IMG/VR virus record: IMGVR_UViG_3300049460_000150
Coordinates: 15,113-79,112 of that record
Origin: a virus
Direction: 5' to 3' (one strand)
DNA: 64,000 nt
In this document: piece by piece, positions 16,052 to 25,439 of the stretch
How the letters are laid out: each line of letters starts with the position of its first letter
Numbering within the stretch: the stretch's first letter is position 1
The notes under the pieces: generated by a model
What the model was told of the DNA's origin: nothing
Database searches by the model: none
The model's input: the letters and a program-made list of their open reading frames with translations, nothing else
Program-made: the position numbers and the translations under genes

Positions 16052-16609
16052 ATGGCTATTTCAAGCCCAAAACCACCAAAGCCGCCGAAGCCAGCACCCA
16101 AAGTCAAGCCCACTGGCCGTAAGACCTCCTGGCCCACTAAAATTGACGCACCACCGGAGGCTCTTGCACTGTACGAAATGATCTCGTCCCTGCAACACAG
16201 CACGGCGTTCAAGACTTGCCACCCATATCAAGGTGCCACCAGCAAAAATACGGGCATTCCGATGTTCAAGTTTGAAGGGCGAGTCCATGCGATGCCTTAC
16301 ATCATCTGTTCCTTCATGGGAATCGAGTACGGCACCCGTAACTGCAAAACCTACGGCTGCATGAACCCTTTCCACTATTCGCCTCCACCGCGAATTTCGG
16401 GGGCGCAAATGGCCCATATTGACCTGCCAATGCCAACGCTGGCACCGGACTATCACGACCTCCTGGAATACTACGTCGAGGAAGTGGGAATACAGCCCAA
16501 TTACACCGCACTTCGCGCTGCAATTCCCACTGACGACATCAGTGACGCCGCCTTGCGGGCGGCAGTGCAAGCTTGGCCCGGTCCCGGTCCCGGAAACGAG
16601 ACCCTTTAA
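16052..16609 (+). CDS. protein with degenerate His-Me/HNH finger domain
   Basis: CHPYQG...G.P...H...CKTYGCMNPFH pattern. Confidence 0.55.
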   Translation: MAISSPKPPKPPKPAPKVKPTGRKTSWPTKIDAPPEALALYEMISSLQHSTAFKTCHPYQGATSKNTGIPMFKFEGRVHAMPYIICSFMGIEYGTRNCKTYGCMNPFHYSPPPRISGAQMAHIDLPMPTLAPDYHDLLEYYVEEVGIQPNYTALRAAIPTDDISDAALRAAVQAWPGPGPGNETL

Positions 16610-16631
16610 GTCCCCCACCCCAGGAGTAATC

Positions 16632-16976
16632 ATGAACGTCCTCACCTTTAGCACCATCGGGCTGCAAAATCCGAACGTCACCACCACCAATTACACCGCC
16701 ATCCAACACGCTGGCGTCGTCTTCACCCTCATCAACGGGGAAACGCACGTTTCCGTGGCCCAGCCGGACCAGAAACCGGACGGCTTTGCCGTGTATGGTC
16801 GCAGCCCAGAGGGTATGGCTGAGTGGATCGCTGATTTCGATAGCGAATTGCACTCGATGCTCTTTGCATCCACTCTGTCCTACGTCATGGGCGTGCCAAT
16901 CGAGGATAAAGTCTTCAACGTGGACGCCATTTCTGCGGCAATCTTCACCCTCAACAATCAAGGGCAACCGAACTAG
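16632..16976 (+). CDS. hypothetical early protein
   Basis: AGGAG RBS before ATG 16632. Confidence 0.65.
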   Translation: MNVLTFSTIGLQNPNVTTTNYTAIQHAGVVFTLINGETHVSVAQPDQKPDGFAVYGRSPEGMAEWIADFDSELHSMLFASTLSYVMGVPIEDKVFNVDAISAAIFTLNNQGQPN

Positions 16977-17034
16977 CCATGGGCTAAAGCCGTTTCCCCC
17001 TAATCTTCTAACCCTTTTCCTATAGGAATACTCA

Positions 17035-17322
17035 ATGAGTCTCGGTCAACGTAAAATGCGCGCCAAAGCTGATGCCTTGGCACCCTCTGTTCTGATCTGC
17101 GGCCACCGTGGCATGGAGTGGATCGTCATCACGGGTGGCGGTTTCAGCACCCATTTCTACTACGGCAAAGAGGGACCCAACGGTCCCGTTTCCGAGACCA
17201 ATACCGGCCTCTTGGCAAGCGTCTCGGACGACTTCAAACCATGGGCCAAGAAACTGCTCAAGGATTACAACAATTTGAGGACTCAAAATGAGAACAAAGT
17301 TCCAGTTAAGCGCCGAGCCTAA
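17035..17322 (+). CDS. hypothetical early protein
   Basis: AGGA RBS; contains an 18-bp element. Confidence 0.6.
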   Translation: MSLGQRKMRAKADALAPSVLICGHRGMEWIVITGGGFSTHFYYGKEGPNGPVSETNTGLLASVSDDFKPWAKKLLKDYNNLRTQNENKVPVKRRA

Positions 17323-17548
17323 CGAAGTGCATCTGATCCGCAACGCGAACTTTAAAAAGATTGCGGTGCTGATCCCATGCAATAAGGACGATGAGGTTCG
17401 TGAGCTGGTGTCCATGATCGAAAAAGGACCCTTTCCTGGCTTCCAAAACGTCACAAACTGCACAACCGCTGGCCCCAGTGTTCACCTCAGTTTTGCCAGC
17501 GCCGATGATGCTCGTGCTTTCTTCAACTTTATCTGGAGTACCCAATAA
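17288..17548 (+). CDS. hypothetical early protein
   Basis: GAGGA RBS; coupled to the next gene. Confidence 0.6.
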   Translation: MRTKFQLSAEPNEVHLIRNANFKKIAVLIPCNKDDEVRELVSMIEKGPFPGFQNVTNCTTAGPSVHLSFASADDARAFFNFIWSTQ

Positions 17549-17946
17549 TGGAACTCTATTACAAACCTGACGCCTCCTTTGTTGGCGTCGGCGCGACCAT
17601 CAAGACCCAATCCTGGGGCCTCGTTTACATCACCCAGATAGAATACCCAAAGGTTACGATCCGTTTCCAAACCGGACGCACCTTGACCAGCGATGCCGGG
17701 ACCTTTGGTTGCGAGTGGCGTAGGACGCAAGAGGAAATAGACGCGGCTGTCGCCGAAGCCCGTACTAATCGCCAGCCAACAATCTGGGCCGTTGCCGTGC
17801 CACTTTTGGTTGAGGGTCAAGACATCCATGAAGTGCGCCAAATCCTGGCCGAGTTGTTCGCAGGACTCCAGCACAGCAATGTGGTATCCATCAACACGGA
17901 AGTGTCGGGCATCAGTACCGGCGTTTATCGGGGAGACTTGGAATGA
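17548..17946 (+). CDS. hypothetical early protein
   Basis: GGAG RBS; TAATG coupling. Confidence 0.65.
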   Translation: MELYYKPDASFVGVGATIKTQSWGLVYITQIEYPKVTIRFQTGRTLTSDAGTFGCEWRRTQEEIDAAVAEARTNRQPTIWAVAVPLLVEGQDIHEVRQILAELFAGLQHSNVVSINTEVSGISTGVYRGDLE

Positions 17947-18173
17947 AAATCTTTGCCAATCTGTTCGGCTCTCGTGAACCACACGAAGCCATGGGGCGCA
18001 TGATCGAAGAAACGCTCGATGAATCACGAGCGCAACTGTTCCAGACCCGTCTGGAAAAGGAGCGCGTACTTAGCGATGAATCGAAGCTCATGCGCCGCAT
18101 CGAACGCCTCGAAAAAGAGGAAAAAGAACACGCCGAAAAGCGTGAAGCCCAAAGGGCCTCAACCCTGCTGTAA
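17943..18173 (+). CDS. small coiled-coil protein
   Basis: ATGA overlap; charged helix. Confidence 0.6.
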   Translation: MKIFANLFGSREPHEAMGRMIEETLDESRAQLFQTRLEKERVLSDESKLMRRIERLEKEEKEHAEKREAQRASTLL

Positions 18174-18224
18174 AGGGTCCCGGAAACGGGACCATAACAC
18201 CACCTTATCCAAAGGATAATAGCC

Positions 18225-18677
18225 ATGAACACCCTCTCCCAAGAGAACATCAAGAAAACCTACTTCGGTGTCGTCACAGATATCAGCGAGATTTTCGAGC
18301 GCTTCCTGTACTGCCACGATGCCACCTTTCACCCAGACCGTGGAAGCCTCACGCCGCGCCCTGAAGGCTTCTATTTCTGCCCCGGTCGCGGCACGACTGT
18401 CGAAACGTGGCTGAATTGGGGAAAGCCGCGCCCTAAATCGGGCAATCTGTCGGTCAAACCGACCTACAAAGTCGCCACCGCTGTCTTGAAGCGATCCATG
18501 GAGGGCAAAATCGGCGGTTTTCAGATCATACCCTGGGAACACGCTGGTCACGCCCTCATCATTGGCAGTGACAGCACGGGAATTGCCTCTGTTTGGCTGG
18601 CGTTTATCCCGCTGGACAAACTCCCGACGATCAATCAGGACAACACGCCCATCTGGGACGGCAAAGCCGATGTCTAA
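18225..18677 (+). CDS. hypothetical early protein
   Basis: AAGGA RBS after an 18-bp element. Confidence 0.65.
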   Translation: MNTLSQENIKKTYFGVVTDISEIFERFLYCHDATFHPDRGSLTPRPEGFYFCPGRGTTVETWLNWGKPRPKSGNLSVKPTYKVATAVLKRSMEGKIGGFQIIPWEHAGHALIIGSDSTGIASVWLAFIPLDKLPTINQDNTPIWDGKADV

Positions 18678-19107
18678 ACCGACTCCTGATAACCCCTCGC
18701 GCCGTGCCATGGCCCGCGTCCCGAATCCCCTGCCAATTCCCACCAATTGCCCGCACTGCGGCGCTCTGGTCTTTTGTGTAGGCAACCAAACGATCTATGG
18801 TAGGCCGTTTGGTGACTGGCCGTACGCCTACCAATGTGCACGCCCCTCCTGTGGGGCCTATGTCGGCCTGCATCCGTTCACAAACTACCCACTTGGCACG
18901 CTGGCGGATGAGCAAACTCGTCGCGCTCGAAGTCTCGCCAAGGATTACTTCAACCCACTGTGGAAAAACCGGGTCATGACCCGCACCGAAGCCTATGCCT
19001 GGCTTGCGACCGTCATGAATCTCCCACCTGAGCTGTGCCATTTCGGCCTGTTCAACGTGGACCAGTGCAGCGCCGCAGTTAAACACATCATGGAGCGTAC
19101 AAAATGA
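18670..19107 (+). CDS. zinc-finger protein (DUF3268-like)
   Basis: CPHCG...C...CGAYVGLHP...PLGTLAD...R.EAY.WLA..M.L....CHFG.F....C pattern typical of this phage family. Confidence 0.7.
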   Translation: MSKPTPDNPSRRAMARVPNPLPIPTNCPHCGALVFCVGNQTIYGRPFGDWPYAYQCARPSCGAYVGLHPFTNYPLGTLADEQTRRARSLAKDYFNPLWKNRVMTRTEAYAWLATVMNLPPELCHFGLFNVDQCSAAVKHIMERTK

Positions 19108-19640
19108 CTCAAAATTTCGACACAAAAGAGAACCGCGCCAAGCAGTTTAAGCGCGGCCTCCGCGATGCCAAGACTGCCCAAGTCCCGTTTGGTCAATCCA
19201 ACGAGCTGGGAACCGTCGCCACGAATCTGGATCGCGCCTACCGCAAGGGCTGGATTGCGGGGCGCAATGAAGATACCCACCTCACGCCGCCTATCCCGAA
19301 CATCAAAACATCGGGCCGTTTGCACTGGCTGAAATACTTCCACGAGTTGACGCCCAAAGAGCGGGCCGAACTCGATTACATCACCGATGACACCAACTCC
19401 TTCCTGCGCCACCAAGGTCATGTGTACGACCTGGGTGAGTTTTCGCGCATCATCCCGCCCGAAGAAATCGGCACGCGCCATCTGCATCCTATGTGCCTGC
19501 ACGACTGGCACGGCGACTACGACAACTGGGACGCCTACCTGGGCGATTCGGCTTTTAGCATGGTCCTCATCCGTTATGAGCGTGACAGCAGCGGCGACAT
19601 CAACGCCGAACGGGCCGTGATCGGACACGCATCATGGTAA
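19104..19640 (+). CDS. hypothetical early protein
   Basis: coupled ORF, 178 aa. Confidence 0.65.
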   Translation: MTQNFDTKENRAKQFKRGLRDAKTAQVPFGQSNELGTVATNLDRAYRKGWIAGRNEDTHLTPPIPNIKTSGRLHWLKYFHELTPKERAELDYITDDTNSFLRHQGHVYDLGEFSRIIPPEEIGTRHLHPMCLHDWHGDYDNWDAYLGDSAFSMVLIRYERDSSGDINAERAVIGHASW

Positions 19641-19903
19641 CGTACTTTGTTGAGGTGACGGACACCTACGGCGGCGAGGCAAACTACTGCTGGGCGCACC
19701 ACTTCAAAGTGGAAGCAAAAACCGAGCGCGGCGCTGTCCGTAAAGTGCGCCGTGAAATGGAGCTTGGTTCTTCTCGCTGCGTGATGGATGCTGGCGACAT
19801 GCAACGCTGGGACATTAAAGGCGCTGCCATTTGCATGTTCGTGGAGTGGTACGACGAGACCCGTCACGGACTCGATAAATACGCTAAACAGCGTGACCTG
19901 TAA
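19634..19903 (+). CDS. hypothetical early protein
   Basis: EVTDTYGGEANYCW motif; stop abuts an 18-bp element. Confidence 0.65.
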   Translation: MVTYFVEVTDTYGGEANYCWAHHFKVEAKTERGAVRKVRREMELGSSRCVMDAGDMQRWDIKGAAICMFVEWYDETRHGLDKYAKQRDL

Positions 19904-19946
19904 CGGTCCCGTTTCCGGGACCTTTCCACTTCAAAGGAGTAACACC

Positions 19947-20135
19947 ATGAAATCACAGAATGGTTACGTGTTTTTCTACGGCAGCAAGCGCGTCGAACTG
20001 TACGCCGACAGCCTGTATGCGGCAAAGGTGGCGGCAATTGCGCATTTCAAAGCGCCGAAGTCGAAGCAACACATGGTCCACGGCGCACTCGCTGAAAAAG
20101 CGGGAAGCGCCGTGATCCACACGCCAACGGAATAG
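19947..20135 (+). CDS. 62-aa hypothetical protein bracketed by 18-bp elements
   Basis: AAGGAG RBS; elements at 19905 and 20134. Confidence 0.7.
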   Translation: MKSQNGYVFFYGSKRVELYADSLYAAKVAAIAHFKAPKSKQHMVHGALAEKAGSAVIHTPTE

Positions 20136-20185
20136 TCCCGTTTCCGGGACCTCACCTCACCACAACCTTTAAACGGAGTGACAAA

Positions 20186-20479
20186 ATGAACATAGATAAA
20201 ATCATGAAAGCCTGGACGAATGAACTTCAGGAAGCCGCAGTTATGGAAGGCTGGGATTTGTTTACTGCCACCGATGGAAGTCCTGTTCAAGTGCAGCGCT
20301 TCGATGACGCTGAGGAATTGCCATTCGGTGCGCACCATTTAACGTGCGATGCTGAGGCAATGATGATCGTCAGGACCGGCACCGGGCCACATCATGCCGT
20401 TGCACGCAAAATACTGCACGACCATTTCCCCGCCGAGTGGGCCATTATGAACGCCGCTATATTCAGTCCAAAGGAGTGA
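20186..20479 (+). CDS. hypothetical early protein
   Basis: GGAGTGACAAAATG start signal. Confidence 0.7.
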   Translation: MNIDKIMKAWTNELQEAAVMEGWDLFTATDGSPVQVQRFDDAEELPFGAHHLTCDAEAMMIVRTGTGPHHAVARKILHDHFPAEWAIMNAAIFSPKE

Positions 20480-20483
20480 CAAA

Positions 20484-20795
20484 ATGAACGAGAAATTGAT
20501 AGCGATACTGCGTGCCATTTGCGAAGACACGGATGGTGCCTGCGCCGCCTACAGCCACAGCAAATCTGCCTACGTCCACATCGTAACGGAGGACAACATC
20601 AACGAGGCCAAGGAACTCCTGGCCGAGATCGACCAGACTTACGAGGTCGTCAAGTGCTTTTCCGGCGACACGCCGCAGGAAGTCACGCACACCGGCCTGA
20701 CCAAAGATGAGGCCAAGGACATCGTAGGCGGAGACGACACCAGCGGCACCCTCCCCACGGGTGAGAAGTGGATGCTCATCTTCCGTGCGGAGTAA
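20484..20795 (+). CDS. hypothetical acidic early protein
   Basis: GGAGTGACAAAATG start signal. Confidence 0.7.
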   Translation: MNEKLIAILRAICEDTDGACAAYSHSKSAYVHIVTEDNINEAKELLAEIDQTYEVVKCFSGDTPQEVTHTGLTKDEAKDIVGGDDTSGTLPTGEKWMLIFRAE

Positions 20796-20797
20796 CC

Positions 20798-21061
20798 ATG
20801 GCCTCCGAACGCTTCATTGAGACCACTTACTACTTCCACAAAGAGGTAGTCAAGATCACTCGCGCCGCCCACCCTGAAAATGCTTTGCCAAACGCGGTGC
20901 GGCACCTGCTGCAAAACGACTACGGTGCCACCGTGGTCGAGGTCACGGACCTCCAATACGGCGAACTGCTGGCCGTGGCAACGTACAAGATCGGCGAGAA
21001 ATTGCAGATCATTTTCGAAAAGAACCCGCACCGTCCTGTGTGCATAAAGTGGGAGATTTGA
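20798..21061 (+). CDS. hypothetical early protein
   Basis: GGAG RBS. Confidence 0.6.
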   Translation: MASERFIETTYYFHKEVVKITRAAHPENALPNAVRHLLQNDYGATVVEVTDLQYGELLAVATYKIGEKLQIIFEKNPHRPVCIKWEI

Positions 21062-21062
21062 C

Positions 21063-21320
21063 ATGGCAACTTACGAAGAACTGGACTCTCGCGTCAAGGT
21101 GGAATTTGTCGCCGCCGCACTGGCTGAAAAAGAGCCTGAAATGCTGGCTAAAGTCTTTACTGTTTGCGCCCGCCATTTTCATCATGGCAGGGACATCAGC
21201 GTGTTCTGTTCCGAGCGCAAGAAAGATGGCTGGCTGGAATGGCTGGTGAAAGTGGATGGCCGTATCACCATCGGCGTGATCCAGCGCACCGTCGGTGCTG
21301 AATTCGAACTGCATTCCTAA
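21063..21320 (+). CDS. hypothetical early protein
   Basis: GGAG RBS; followed by an 18-bp element. Confidence 0.65.
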   Translation: MATYEELDSRVKVEFVAAALAEKEPEMLAKVFTVCARHFHHGRDISVFCSERKKDGWLEWLVKVDGRITIGVIQRTVGAEFELHS

Positions 21321-21377
21321 CCCACGGTCCCGGTCCCGTTTTCGGGACCACACGCACACATTTTTTCGGAGAATAAT

Positions 21378-21887
21378 ATGAACCAAGTCCACATCATGCG
21401 TACCACCCTCGTCAACGAAGTAATGCGCCTCGCAAGCCTGTTCGCCACGGCCCGTGTCCGTCACCACGTTGTCAACGCGGGCCTCAACGGCAATTCCGCC
21501 GAGACCAAAGAGGGCGTTCAAAAGCGTGTTATCAAGGCTGAAAACGAGCTGCGCGGCTATGCCAATGGTTTGGCTCTCCTTTCGGAGAACAATGAGGTCG
21601 CCAAAGCCCTCATGCGCAAGCAGGAACTCATCGCCGACATCGGCTTTGAAGTCGGCCACTGGTGGGAGCGCACCACCAACAGCGGTTGCAGCAAGATCAT
21701 GGAACATTGCGACGGCTCGCGCGGCCTGATGCAACTGGTTGTGGAATGGGCCGGTGAATTCGACACGTTCTGGGAAGCGTTGGACGAGGACGACGACCGC
21801 CGCGAAAACTACATCGAAGAAATCGTTAATTTCACGGCGAAAAAGATCGCCGCGTTGGCCCTGGACGCCGGGGTCGATTCTAAATAA
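21378..21887 (+). CDS. hypothetical protein bracketed by 18-bp elements
   Basis: GGAG RBS; elements at 21332 and 21896. Confidence 0.7.
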   Translation: MNQVHIMRTTLVNEVMRLASLFATARVRHHVVNAGLNGNSAETKEGVQKRVIKAENELRGYANGLALLSENNEVAKALMRKQELIADIGFEVGHWWERTTNSGCSKIMEHCDGSRGLMQLVVEWAGEFDTFWEALDEDDDRRENYIEEIVNFTAKKIAALALDAGVDSK

Positions 21888-21935
21888 CACATAAGGGTCC
21901 CGTTTCCGGGACCTTTCCATATCAGGGAGAACGTC

Positions 21936-22151
21936 ATGAAATACCTACTCATTGCCCTACTGGCTGGTTGCGCACAACAACAGCCTATGCTTTACAACCC
22001 CTACAAGACGCCTGCAATGGCGCAGCAAGACAACCTGGAATGCCGCTATGAAGCGATGAAGGTTGAGGCCACGGTACAGAACGCGGCAATGGGCGTTTTC
22101 GCTCGCCAAGACGCCATGCGTATGTGCCTTCAAGTAAGGGGATACAAATGA
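21936..22151 (+). CDS. small lipoprotein
   Basis: MKYLLIALLAGC signal with LAGC lipobox; two further Cys. Confidence 0.7.
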   Translation: MKYLLIALLAGCAQQQPMLYNPYKTPAMAQQDNLECRYEAMKVEATVQNAAMGVFARQDAMRMCLQVRGYK

Positions 22152-22474
22152 GCGTCAAGACCGTAACAACCTCCGACCTCGAAGCTCGCATCCAAGAGCT
22201 GGAGGCCAAGGTCATGGATGACGACGAGCTGGAAGAGTTTCAAGCTCTCACCGATCTCCGCCACGACCTCGACTACTGCTGGCGTCAACCAGCAACGCTA
22301 ATCCGCGAGGCTGATTTCGTGGAATACGCCATGGAATTCCTGTACGAAGTCGGCGACCTCAAGAAAGGCGGCGTGGCCGACTCCTGCATCGACCAAGACG
22401 AGGCAGCGCGCATTGTCGAACAGGACTACCGTTTGTGCGTCCACGACGGTGAAGATTATCTCGTGAGGGCCTAA
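22148..22474 (+). CDS. acidic protein, ArdA-like antirestriction candidate
   Basis: D/E-rich; DFVEYAMEF...IDQDEAARIVEQDY resembles the ArdA C-terminal pattern. Confidence 0.45.
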   Translation: MSVKTVTTSDLEARIQELEAKVMDDDELEEFQALTDLRHDLDYCWRQPATLIREADFVEYAMEFLYEVGDLKKGGVADSCIDQDEAARIVEQDYRLCVHDGEDYLVRA

Positions 22475-22476
22475 CC

Positions 22477-22866
22477 ATGGCACGCATCTCAAACAGCCTG
22501 TCTCCGGCGCGTAAAGGGGACAAGATCGTTATCGAAGTCGGAAGCGAGCGCTATTGGGGCAACACCATCGCGCTTGCCAAGGCCGACATGAAGGAGCGCA
22601 ACCGGGGCGTGGTCACGGCCCCATCTTTCAAGGTCTGGTCTTCCGGCACAAGCGCCCCGCCTATTCTGCTGCAAGAGAACGGGCAAAAGCAGCCGACATC
22701 GGCGCTGCCGCTGTCGGTGGTCTGTCCGCTGTGCAAAGCGGGCCTCGCCCGACCCTGTATCAATGACAAGGGTGTCGTACTGCTGGACAAGCCACATAAA
22801 ACACGCATTCTGCTGGCGCGTAAAATGCTGCTGGCACCATCGAAAAAACGGAGCAAGAAAAAATGA
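22477..22866 (+). CDS. basic zinc-finger protein
   Basis: CPLCKA...PC...H..R motif, Lys-rich tail. Confidence 0.55.
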   Translation: MARISNSLSPARKGDKIVIEVGSERYWGNTIALAKADMKERNRGVVTAPSFKVWSSGTSAPPILLQENGQKQPTSALPLSVVCPLCKAGLARPCINDKGVVLLDKPHKTRILLARKMLLAPSKKRSKKK

Positions 22867-23552
22867 AAACCTCTCTCTACATCTGCGAGAAAGTCCACCG
22901 CGACTATCGCCCCATCGGCCCGTATTACCCACCCGTTACAGAGGTGGAGGACTACGAAAACACCGTCAGCATCCGCGCTGCCATGAAGGGCGCGGGACCG
23001 TACAAGACATGCACCTATCAAGGCCCTCTGTCAGCCTGGAAGGGCAAGACAGCGCTCACCGTCCCGCTGGTCGCGGTGCAATTCGATGACCAGGGCCAGT
23101 ACATGGCCTACGGCTGGCACCTGTTCAATGCCAACGACTGGAAGGTCCCGGAAACGAGACCTCTTTTCCAGGCGTTTGCCAGCGCCGTCGTGGCGCTTGC
23201 CAACTGCATCAAGAACGGCAATCAAGAATGGTATCGCATTTGGAACGATTGCCTCGACGGCTGGTGCAAGAACTACATGCCGAGCGGTTCTGGCTTCGAC
23301 AACGGCACGCAAATCGACCTGGAAGCGTCAGGCGAACACAAGCTGGTCTTCAACGTACACTACCACCACATGGACGAGCATGGTTGCTACGACGGCTGGA
23401 CCGAGCATCAGGTGATCGTGACGCCAAGCCTTTTGTTCGGCTTTACGCTGCGCATCACCGGCCCGAACCGCAACGAGATCAAGGACTTCATCTCGGACAC
23501 CTTCCATATCGCACTTTCCCAACAGGTGAATCCACACGAGTACAAGCCATGA
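22863..23552 (+). CDS. hypothetical protein (possibly a two-domain fusion joined at an 18-bp element)
   Basis: 229 aa; element at 23144 encodes VPETRP. Confidence 0.65.
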   Translation: MKTSLYICEKVHRDYRPIGPYYPPVTEVEDYENTVSIRAAMKGAGPYKTCTYQGPLSAWKGKTALTVPLVAVQFDDQGQYMAYGWHLFNANDWKVPETRPLFQAFASAVVALANCIKNGNQEWYRIWNDCLDGWCKNYMPSGSGFDNGTQIDLEASGEHKLVFNVHYHHMDEHGCYDGWTEHQVIVTPSLLFGFTLRITGPNRNEIKDFISDTFHIALSQQVNPHEYKP

Positions 23553-23920
23553 ACCAGCAACGTTTCCCATCGGTGGTGAAACTGATGGAAGTCTTCAACG
23601 ACGAAGCCACGGCACTCATGGCGCGAAAGGTGATGGAAATGTCGCGGGGCGAACTGCTGCGCACTGATGCAGGACGTTTCCGTGCCAACGAGTGCCTTAA
23701 TCCCCCGCCGCTGAATGATCTCCGTATGTACGTTATGAACAGCCTTGACCCTGGCCTGTTCGGTATCGAAACTGAGGAAATCAAGAGCGAGTATTTCGAC
23801 TACCTCAATGCCGGGGATGCGTATAACCCGACGGTCATCCTGTGGCGCGGAAAGTTTCGCGTCCAGGATGTGGCAACTTTCCGCGAACGAAATGAAAGGC
23901 TGGTGCGCAATGAAAACTAG
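23549..23920 (+). CDS. hypothetical early protein
   Basis: ATGA coupling; YLNAGDAY motif. Confidence 0.65.
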   Translation: MNQQRFPSVVKLMEVFNDEATALMARKVMEMSRGELLRTDAGRFRANECLNPPPLNDLRMYVMNSLDPGLFGIETEEIKSEYFDYLNAGDAYNPTVILWRGKFRVQDVATFRERNERLVRNEN

Positions 23921-24272
23921 CCACCAAAGCGGCAAGGCTATGCTTAGTGTAGAGAGGGATGGTGACGATCTGTACGCCAGCGCTTTCGCCCTCACTGGTT
24001 TGCATACAGAAGCCGCGCATTGTTGGTTTGGTGATGCCGTCTCTGATCTAGCCGTTTTCCACGACTGGATTCCGGCACAGTGCTTTCGTATGAAGGAGGG
24101 GGACAAGATGATCTTCAAGGTCAACTTTGAACAGACCTACTACCAAGGGGATGGTTACACCAGTGACGACGATGAACTTTTGGTGTTCACCAAGGCGGTG
24201 AAGTTGTATCACAAGCGCGGGGCCAAAGCGTCCCGTAAATCGCTCAAGAAATATTACAGGAGTGCGCAATGA
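23910..24272 (+). CDS. hypothetical early protein
   Basis: coupled ORF. Confidence 0.55.
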   Translation: MKTSHQSGKAMLSVERDGDDLYASAFALTGLHTEAAHCWFGDAVSDLAVFHDWIPAQCFRMKEGDKMIFKVNFEQTYYQGDGYTSDDDELLVFTKAVKLYHKRGAKASRKSLKKYYRSAQ

Positions 24273-24724
24273 ATCCTAAATACCAAAGGGGGCCTGACGG
24301 CAACTGCATCCCCGGCGATGCCGTCACGTATGCAGCGTATGGTCCCATCCCCGAAGCTTACGCTTTCCAAAACGAGGTGGGCGGCGTCGAAGTTCCCGCC
24401 ATCGTCCACCACTGGGGCTGGTCCACGACCTTTGGCCGCTGGGGCGCTGTGGTCACGTTCAAGAGCGGATGGCATGGCTTTACGTGGCCTTTCATCCGCC
24501 TGGGCGAATTCCCTTTCCAGACTGTGGAAGTGGAACCATTCCCAGGCTTAACCTTGACCATTTACGGTCGCGTCAAGGCCGTCACCCAGCCGGAGAAACT
24601 TCAGCAGGGTTACTACGTCGCCAAAGGCGGCATACCGATCCCTCGCTCGGAGCTGTACCGCGACGAGCGCGATGCCATCGAAAAAATCCTGCATGAAAGG
24701 TATCCCGAACATGCCAACCTTTAG
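24269..24724 (+). CDS. hypothetical early protein
   Basis: AGGAG RBS, ATGA coupling. Confidence 0.6.
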   Translation: MNPKYQRGPDGNCIPGDAVTYAAYGPIPEAYAFQNEVGGVEVPAIVHHWGWSTTFGRWGAVVTFKSGWHGFTWPFIRLGEFPFQTVEVEPFPGLTLTIYGRVKAVTQPEKLQQGYYVAKGGIPIPRSELYRDERDAIEKILHERYPEHANL

Positions 24725-24920
24725 CACAGGCAGATCGCCACCGCTCGTATCGCATGTCTTTGGACAGCCAAGGCAGCGCTACATCCAATGCCCTCATTGC
24801 TGTGAGCAAGTCTTTCTTCCAGCGGGGGCGTTTCGCGGCCAACAATTTACGCACACCGATGGGAAATGCGGCGGCGTTTTTGAGGTCTACTGGAACGCTA
24901 AAATTTGCGTTCGAACCTGA
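24711..24920 (+). CDS. small zinc-ribbon protein
   Basis: CPHC...H...CGG. Confidence 0.5.
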   Translation: MPTFSTGRSPPLVSHVFGQPRQRYIQCPHCCEQVFLPAGAFRGQQFTHTDGKCGGVFEVYWNAKICVRT

Positions 24921-24931
24921 AAGGAAACGCC

Positions 24932-25117
24932 ATGGACATCATCCGCCATTACGGAATGACCCGCGAAGAGTTTGCCAGCAAGCTTGGCAAGCATCCGTCC
25001 TGCTTTGAAAATTTCTTACGGCCTTTGTGCAATAACGGCAGCTATCACGCTTACACCACGCGGGATAAAGCGCTTGTCAATTGCCCAGAATGCCTAAAAC
25101 GTTTGAAGGGGAAGTGA
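24932..25117 (+). CDS. small Cys-motif protein
   Basis: AAGGA RBS; PLC...VNCPECL. Confidence 0.55.
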   Translation: MDIIRHYGMTREEFASKLGKHPSCFENFLRPLCNNGSYHAYTTRDKALVNCPECLKRLKGK

Positions 25118-25118
25118 A

Positions 25119-25439
25119 ATGAAAGCAGTCGTAGAATTTGGCCGACCACAATCGGCCCTCCCCGCTGGCGCACCGTGCGGCGTTTCAGGCCATCAGACTT
25201 GCGAATCACTGGCGGCGGCTAACCACCTCGCCCTGCATTTGCGCCATGTGCTGGGGAATCGGCAGCATGAGTACCACGGCCCCGATGACTTTCTCGTGTC
25301 GCGGGATAACCCGCGCATTGTGTGGTGGGCCAATGACCATTCCTGCTGGGTGGCAGTGACGATTTTCAAGCCTAATTACGAACCTGGACCTTACGCGGCC
25401 CAGGCCGACAAATTTGCCAAAATAGCGAAGGAGCTGTAA
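25119..25439 (+). CDS. hypothetical early protein
   Basis: coupled ORF. Confidence 0.55.
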   Translation: MKAVVEFGRPQSALPAGAPCGVSGHQTCESLAAANHLALHLRHVLGNRQHEYHGPDDFLVSRDNPRIVWWANDHSCWVAVTIFKPNYEPGPYAAQADKFAKIAKEL

